Assembly (NCBI RefSeq): GCF_009914755.1 | Contig: NC_060928.1 | Length of the DNA: 64,000 bases | Direction: 5' to 3' (one strand) | From: the human T2T-CHM13v2.0 reference genome, Homo sapiens | Shown here: in pieces, positions 56,600-64,000 of the stretch | Position numbering within the stretch: position 1 is the stretch's first letter | How the letters are laid out: each line of letters begins with the position of its first letter | Made by a program: the position numbers and the translations under genes | Notes under the pieces: generated by a model | Seen by the model: the letters and a program-made list of their open reading frames with translations, nothing else | Told to the model about the DNA's origin: nothing | The model's database searches: none

Positions 56600-58040
56600 T
56601 GCTGGAGAAAATCTTGCTAGCCACATATCTGACCAAAAATATAAATATCTGTAATATCTTGTAGCTAGAATACACAAATAACTGAAAGCTCAACAATAAT
56701 ACAAATGACCCAGTCAGAAAATGAGTAGCAGACACTTCACTGAAGAGGGTATGCAGATGGCAAATAATCTCATGCAAAAATATTCAACACCATTAAACAT
56801 TAGGGAAATAAAAATTAAAGCCATAATGAAATATAACTATGCCCATGTCAGAATGGCTAGAAGACAGTGATAGCCCCAGATGCTGATGAGGATTCTGAGA
56901 AACGGGATCACTCATATTTTGATGGTAGAAATGTAAAATGGTGCAGTCGCTATGGAAAATAGTTTGGCAGTTTCTTATAAAAATCAGCCTGTGTTAAAGA
57001 AAAAACTTTAGATGAACTTAGTTTAGCAAATGATCACGTAAACTCTGAGCAAAGAACAATTCATGAATTGGGTAGCACCCTGAGCCAGTAGAGATTTGGA
57101 GAACTCCATCCAACAATGTGGGCAGACATTATTTATAGACAGAAAGAGAAAGTAACATATAGAAACAGCTTGGTTGTTTACAGCTCAGCATTGGCCTTAT
57201 GTTCACATGGTCTGATCAGTTGGCAGCCTGTGATTGGCTGCAGCTTGGCTGCTGGTGATTGGCTATGACTCTCGTTACGGTAGATTCTGATTACAGAAAT
57301 ATATTCTCGAGTTAGGTTTCAGTTTGTTTACATACTAAGTTTGCTTGCGGTTCCCTTAGTATGGCAGCTGATTTAGGCCAAATTTAATTTAGTTTAACAC
57401 ATGCGATTACCATGTGACCTATTGATTGTACTCTTGGACATTTAGCTCAGAGAAATGAAGACATATGTCTAAACAAAAACCTGTCCATGAATGTTTACAG
57501 CAATTTTATTGGTAATAGCCAAATGTCTGTTAATGAGTGAATGGTTAAAGTGTAGTACATTTGCACTGTGGGACACTACTCAGCAATTAAGAAGAAAAAA
57601 CTACTGAAAATCACTAGAGAATAATGCCCAGTAAAATCATAAAAGGTTACATACTGCATGATTTCACTTACATAACACTCTTGAAATAACAAAACTACAG
57701 AGATAGGAAACAAATTGTTGCCACAAAAGGTTAGAAATGGGAGAGTGGATGTGGCTTTAAAGAACCACCACAAGGGAATCTTTAGATATAACTGTTCCAT
57801 ATCTTGATTGTGATGGTTGTTACCTGAATATATACATGTGATAATATTGCCTGCAAATATAAACACACGCACACAAATGCATGCACAACTGGCAAATTCT
57901 GAAACAACTCTGTGGGTTGTATCAGTTTCCTTGTGATCTTGTACTATAGTTATGCAAGATGTTAAAATTAAAGGATGCTGGATAAAAGGTGCATGAGACC
58001 TCTTCAACTTCTTTTTTAATCTTTCTATGAATATATAATT
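56600..58040 (+). mobile_element. L1MC-like 3' fragment interrupted by an LTR
   Basis: Sense L1M ORF2 end and 3'UTR (cagacacttcactgaagagg...; tgtactatagttatgcaagatgtta). Confidence 0.78.
56992..57399. mobile_element. MER4-group ERV1 solo LTR (MER93/MER92-like)
   Basis: tgttaaa...tttaaca inverted termini, imperfect TSD cctg/catg, and it interrupts collinear L1 sequence. Confidence 0.6.
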
Positions 58041-59234
58041 ATTTCAAAATAAAAAACCAATATGCTTATTTTTTTCAAGAGATTATGCTATGCTAATTTC
58101 CCAGAGAGTAAACTAGTTACTATTTTTGTTATCCTTATGATTACGTAAGTTTAATTTTAAAAAGAGATACAATTTCTAGACACAAAAGTGTAAAATGCAA
58201 AAATGTTTTGTTTAAATTATTTTTTTTTCAGGAATCTGCACTCCTCTTAAGCCTTTCAATGTGTCATACATGTTCTAGGACTATTCTCACTTAGTAGTTT
58301 CTTAGCATTCTGCTTCTTTGCCATATGTGAGGTGCAGTCAGGAATTTATTTTCCTCCCCATTTGATCTAGATTAAGCTATTTGGCTCTTGCTCCTAAGAA
58401 ATCCCAAAATACTATGAATCAAAATGAAGGCATGCATGTGATAACTCTCATGTAGACTTTTATGATTCTGGAAGAACTCTTAATGTTTCCTTAGTGAAAA
58501 CATTAACTTTATGCTAAAGTAAATTTCTAATATAATACCATTGGTATTACTAGAAATTTTCTAAATGTTTCTGAGAAAACATAAGTGGGATACCTAAAAA
58601 GAAAAATCTAGTTCTCCAAGACCAACTAAAATCACAGTGTTATGGCAACAGCAAGACTGTGGCTTTGAAAAATGATCATTTATTTTTAGGAAGCATTAAA
58701 CCTCAACATCTTGGTTCTTATATGTGATTCCAGAATGAATCTCCTTTGAGGCTGGCCTTCCTGAATTAAGGATATATTTTAGGGCCAAGTTCAACAGTTT
58801 TTAAGCAATTAAAAATCTTTGACCTGTTTACAGACCTCACCAGGTTTTCTCTGCTCTCAATTAATTCTTTTTTTCTTTTCTTCCTACCCTGAGAGGCTTT
58901 GGAGCTGAGCTTTTAAAACTTCTTGACAAACAACTTTTCTCTTAAGACACCAAATCTTCTCCTTACTGCTTGGAGTGTGAGATAGTGGTGTGTGTGACCC
59001 ACAGGGCCAAGCAGTCAGAATTAGACCACAGTGGCATTTATTAAGCATTCTTCTGCAGTGTGTGTGTGAGTGGTGTGGGATGGCTGTTTGAGTAGGAAGA
59101 ATAAAGTGGCCAAGACATGTACCAAAATGGACAGGATAGTTTTTTCAGTGTTGCATATTATGCCATGGATTAAGCCTGACATAAATTTCTCCATATTAAT
59201 TTAGGAAAAATTTATAATTTAAAACCTCTACATG

Positions 59235-59480
59235 GTATGGTAAGAGTACCGTGTTTAGAATCAAGAGATCTGGGTTAGAGCTGTCTAACCCAGATTGACT
59301 TTCTAATTTTATGATCTTGTATGAAGTTAATTTTGTGTTCTTTAATACTCTTGTGTAAAGTGAGGCCTGTAATACTGTCTTAAAATAGCTTTCATGAAGA
59401 TTAAATAGGTTAATGTACATGTAAAATAAAATTTCAATGCTTTAAATAAAATTTAAAACCTATTTAAATATAAGATGCTA
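59235..59480. mobile_element. MIR
   Basis: agatctgggttag...tgtaaagtgagg...gaagattaaataggttaatgtacatgtaaa. Confidence 0.6.
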
Positions 59481-59609
59481 TTGCTCTTTAACAATCATTA
59501 TGATTTAGTTAATATACTTAAATCTACATGTGTGATGTGTGAGTATATTATGTATGTGTATGTAAATATACTTCATGAAGTGTGAACATACACCTTTATA
59601 TTTCTTTTT

Positions 59610-60375
59610 AAACCAGTACATGTCCAGTGCCTAGCATATGGAAGACACTTAATAAATATATGCTGAATGAATAGATGAATGAACTTAGAATTTTCAAATC
59701 TAAATAATTTATTCTAATTTAATCAGTATCAGGTAAATAATAAGCACAGAAACTGTTAGAACAAGAACTGAATTATAGCATCTCCTACATGAAATTAAAT
59801 AATTTTAGAAATGGTGGTAAATGTTTAAGTTTTTTACTTGTATTAGCACAGATATAAGCATCAATCATGACATCTTTCTGCTCATAAACCTTAAGTAACT
59901 CCCATTGCTCCTATTGCTTAGAAAATAAAATCCAATTCTTTAGTGTGGGACTAACCTTTTCAAATTTATTTTCCATATTACAATCTTGCTTCTTTTGGAT
60001 ATTTCTTATGTATCACCCCACTTTCCCCTTTCCCCACTCTCTTGCCACCTTGCCTGTGTCCAGGCTTTATCCTCTTTGAAATGCCCTTCAACTTATTTCT
60101 GTAGAATTCAATCCCACCCATCTGTCAAGTTCTGTCCCTAATGCCACTGCCTGTATGGAGCCTATGCAGGTATCCTCAGATAGAGGTAACCTCTTTCTAC
60201 CTAAGTATTCATTCCACTTTATGTTTGCCCCCTTGAGACCTTTTTCACTTCCTAATCTAGATTATAAACTTTTTTTTTGGTAGCAGATTCTATGTCTCAT
60301 TTACTTTTATATTTACAAAATTTCCTGCATTGTAAATATACAACAGTTGCTTGTTTATTGAACAAACTGAATGCA
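59610..60375 (+). mobile_element. L2 fragments
   Basis: cagtgcctagcatatggaagacacttaataaatatatgctgaatgaat tail, and aactccccattgc...aataaaatccaa. Confidence 0.55.
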
Positions 60376-60482
60376 TATGAATTGTCATGCTTCTGCTTGT
60401 GAAAGACATGCATTTTTCAATAATTGTTATGCACAATAAGGAATATATAGGTGTCCATGATTTTGGCATACTTATCATCATT

Positions 60483-61590
60483 ATGGCTAATTGATTTTGG
60501 CAAAAGTGCCAAGGTAATTGTATTGGGAAATGACTTTTTTTTCAACAAACAGTTCTGGAACATTTGGATAACTTATGCCAAAAGCAAAGCAAAATAAAAC
60601 AAAAAAAGGAATTAAAACTCTTGCTTCACCAGTAACAAAAATTAACCCATAATGGATCATATTCTTAAATGTAAGCACTAAAAGTATAAAACTTCTAGAA
60701 GAAAACACAAAGAAAATCTTTGTGTTCTTGAGTTATGCCAAGAGGTCTTAGATTTGACATCAATAGCAAGATCCATAGAAGGAAAATGGTAAATTAGACT
60801 TTAAATTAAAAATTAAATGTTTATTCCTCAAAAGACACTAGTAAGAGAGAAGAAAAGACAACCCAGAGAATTTGAGAAAGTATATGTTAATCATATATCT
60901 GAGAAAGGACTTGTACCCAGAATATATGAATAAAGACAGAGAAAACCAAGTGCTGTCAAGAATATAGAGAAATGAGAATCCTGATACATTGTTCATGGAA
61001 ATGGAATGTAACACAGCCACATTGGAAAGCAGTTTTATTATATCATTATAAAGTTAAACATACACTTGCCATGTGATGTAGAAATTTTACCTTTAGGTAT
61101 TTACCCAATAGAAATGAAAACAAATCTTTCCACAGAGACTTCTATGTTAATGTGGATAGTAGCATTGTTCATAATAGCTCGAAACTGAAAGCAATCCAAA
61201 TATATCCAACTGATGAATATGTGAACAAAATGAAGCATATCCTTACAATGGAATATTTTCTGGAAATGAAAAGGAACAAAACAGTGGTGCATGTAACATT
61301 TATGAACCTCAGAAACATCTTAAGTGAAAGAATACTTATGTATGTAATGATTCAACCTGTAAGTTTCTACATATGACAGAACTGTAGAGATAGAAAGCAG
61401 ATCAGTGGTTGCCTGGTGCTGGGAGTGGAGACTGCCAACAAATCGTCATGCTGGAACTTTTTGGAAATGTTTTAAAATAGAATTGGAATGTTGTTTTTAA
61501 ACATATATTAATTTAATAAAACCCACTGTTACACTGATAGTGGGTGTATTTCATGGTGTGTAAATTATACTTCAGTAAATCTGATGAAAG
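60483..61590 (+). mobile_element. Old L1M (L1MB/ME-like) fragment
   Basis: aattgattttggcaaaagtgccaagg...caacaaacagttctggaaca, followed by 3'UTR motifs. Confidence 0.75.
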
Positions 61591-62934
61591 AGAGAGAGAT
61601 TTTATTTAAATTTTGAGATCAGGAAAAGTCTAAGGAAATAAAATTTAAGCTTAGACCTAAAATATGAATAGGAATTAGGGAATAAAATTGCTGTTAAACA
61701 GAGACTGATCATATCAAACATGTAGAGAGGCACTAAACGTTTACTTGAATGAATGAATAAATAAAGGAAGTAAGGATTGGAAACTTCATTGGAAAGAACT
61801 TACAACCTCTCAAAACCATTATGATTTGAATTATTTCCTTGTTAGAAATATTTGTTCTACCTTTTATTGATTCCAACTCTGCTTTCCTATAGATTATATT
61901 TATTGATCCTATCTCTCTAAATCTGGAGCTATGCGGATGTCTGTGCTTTCACAAGTTTATATAAGAGTAGCATGCTATTTTATAGTCTTCTCCAGGATAC
62001 ACTCCATAATTTCCTTAACCGTTTCTTACCTGACTTGTTTTACAGAACCTTTATTATTTGGATTGTTGGTAACTTTGCTGTGTCTTCTTTTTCTATTCAA
62101 ATACAATTTTGAGAACTGAGTGCAATTTATGTACTGCATAGACTTGGAACCATTAGGGAGTAGCTTAGCTCAGTCTTTTGTCCCTAGTTACAGAGCAGAC
62201 ATTAATAGAGCCCAGGGTTGAGGAAGCTTTGGGGATTTTATTATAACATTGAATAAATGGTGTTCAGTGTCAAATAAAACCTTTTTTTCTTCTTTCTAAC
62301 ATATGCTTCAGCTCAATTGCCTTATCTCTCTCAAGTTACCATAAAATTAAATGTCAAAAATGTTATATTTATCACTTTTTTTAAAATAAAGGTTAAGTTT
62401 ATCCAGACTAAAATTGTTTTGGATTTTCATTCATTGACAAAATATTTATTGAGCATCTGCATTAGATACACATGGTAGACAAGAAAGTGAGGTGCTTGCT
62501 CTCAAGGAGTGCATATTCTAGTGACTTTATTTCACCCTAGAATATGAGCACATCGTTTTTTCTTTTCTGTCTTAATCCAAGCATTTAAAAGTAAAGAGTT
62601 CAAGGCTAAGAGTGGAGTAGTGTGGCACATTTCTGGAAACCTTTCACAAAACTCTCTCTAGTAGATTAATAAGTACTATGTCATTTAACCAGCACAATAA
62701 TTATTCCTGAACTTTGCAATTCAACCTGAATTCCTGATATATTATGCCTTCCATCTTTCCCTGTGCCATCGCTCCAGTCTCTCTAAGAAGGAAATGAATT
62801 TAATGTATTGTTAGAGATAGAAGATCCTGGTTAGTCTTCCAAGGGCTACCATTATATTGCCCAGGATTAGGGTCCTTCTTGTTACAATGTTAAGTTCATT
62901 GGCTTGTAATAGAGATGGAAATAGTTGTAGTACA

Positions 62935-63165
62935 GGTAATAATAATAGCTTCACTCATCACTTACTAGCTTTAATACACAATATCAAGTGTTTAAATATT
63001 ATTTTACTTTATCTTCACAATAGCTTCATGAAGTAGGTCCTATATTATCCCCATCTTATGTATGAGGAAAGAGAATCATAGAATATTAAGTAACTTGACA
63101 AAAAAATCACATAACTTATGAGGGCTGCAGTGACTCCCTGGTATCCTAACCATCATGTTATATTA
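62935..63165. mobile_element. MIR
   Basis: tattatccccatcttatgtatgaggaaa...taagtaacttg. Confidence 0.65.
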
Positions 63166-63262
63166 CCTCCATGAAAATCGGAACCCTTGCATCTCCTGTC
63201 TAATGCAATGCCTCAATGCCTGCCAGGAAGATAAACTTGTTAGTAAGGAAGACATGAACTTT

Positions 63263-63728
63263 TTGTCTCAACTTTTATTTCAGGATCAGTGGGTACATGT
63301 GCAGGTTTGTTACAAAGGTATATTATGCAATGCTGGGAAATGGTGTATGAATGAATTCCCCACCCAGCTAGTGAGCATAGTACCCAAAAGTTAGTTTTTC
63401 AACCCCTTTCCTGCTCCCTTCTCCTCCCTTTTGTAGTCCCCAGTGTCTATTGGTTCCATCTTTGTATCCATCTGTACCCAATGTTTAGCCCTCACTTAGA
63501 AGTGAGAGCATATGATATTTGGTTTTCTGTTCCTGCGGCAGTTTGCTTAGGATAAACGTTTCCAGATGTATCCACATTGTTGGAAATGTATTTTTTATGG
63601 CTGTATCGTATTCCATGGTGTATTTGTACTGCATTTTCTTTGTTTAATCCACCATTGATGGCCATCTAGGTTGATTCCATGTCTTTGCTAATGTGAATAG
63701 CATTGTGATGAACATATGGGTGCATGAT
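63263..63728 (-). mobile_element. Truncated old L1P (L1PA16/17 or L1PB-like) 3' end
   Basis: gggtacatgtgcaggtttgttaca...gtgagcatagtaccc. TSD ggaagacatgaa(c/t)ttt from 63247 and from 63729. Confidence 0.85.
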
Positions 63729-64000
63729 GGAAGACATGAATTTTAGTAGATGTTCTGCATATAAGAAATTCAAATGGAATGTTAGACATGACTTGTCCTG
63801 AATTTCCATGAAACTAATAAAGCTGTGGCTTTAGGGGCCCTAATTTACATGTTTCCTCCAAAGATTTGTTCCCTAATTAGAGATTTAAAATTCTGGGTTT
63901 TTTTTTTTTTAACAAGGACCACCAAAATTGTGTAAGTGTATCCCCAAAAAACTTCTATCTGCTCTTGTGCATCATTTTTTTTGTTAATTTTATTTACCTA

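Overview
AT-rich hominoid (human-like) genomic DNA from an intronic or intergenic region, more than half of it transposon-derived. I can support no host protein-coding gene, RNA gene or CRISPR-like system. The long ORFs in the track are disrupted LINE-1 ORF1/ORF2/ORF0 fragments or artefacts of Alu, LTR and microsatellite sequence. The main elements are: a full-length but dead L1PA2-like LINE-1 (355-6404, minus, 15-bp TSD); a twin-primed L1PA3-like insertion; a Tigger3 DNA transposon carrying three nested inserts; an L1PB1; a large old L1M carrying many inserts, including a complete LTR-internal-LTR MaLR; and about ten Alus. The most interesting observations are mechanistic: a probable L1 3' transduction, an L1 5'-end-only insertion, a fold-back inverted repeat around an RY microsatellite, a dispersed 95-bp duplication, a near-palindromic CTCF site and several unverified exon-like signals. 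I found no evidence of a new multi-gene biological system. Repeat subfamily names come from my recall of consensus sequences and need RepeatMasker/Dfam confirmation.
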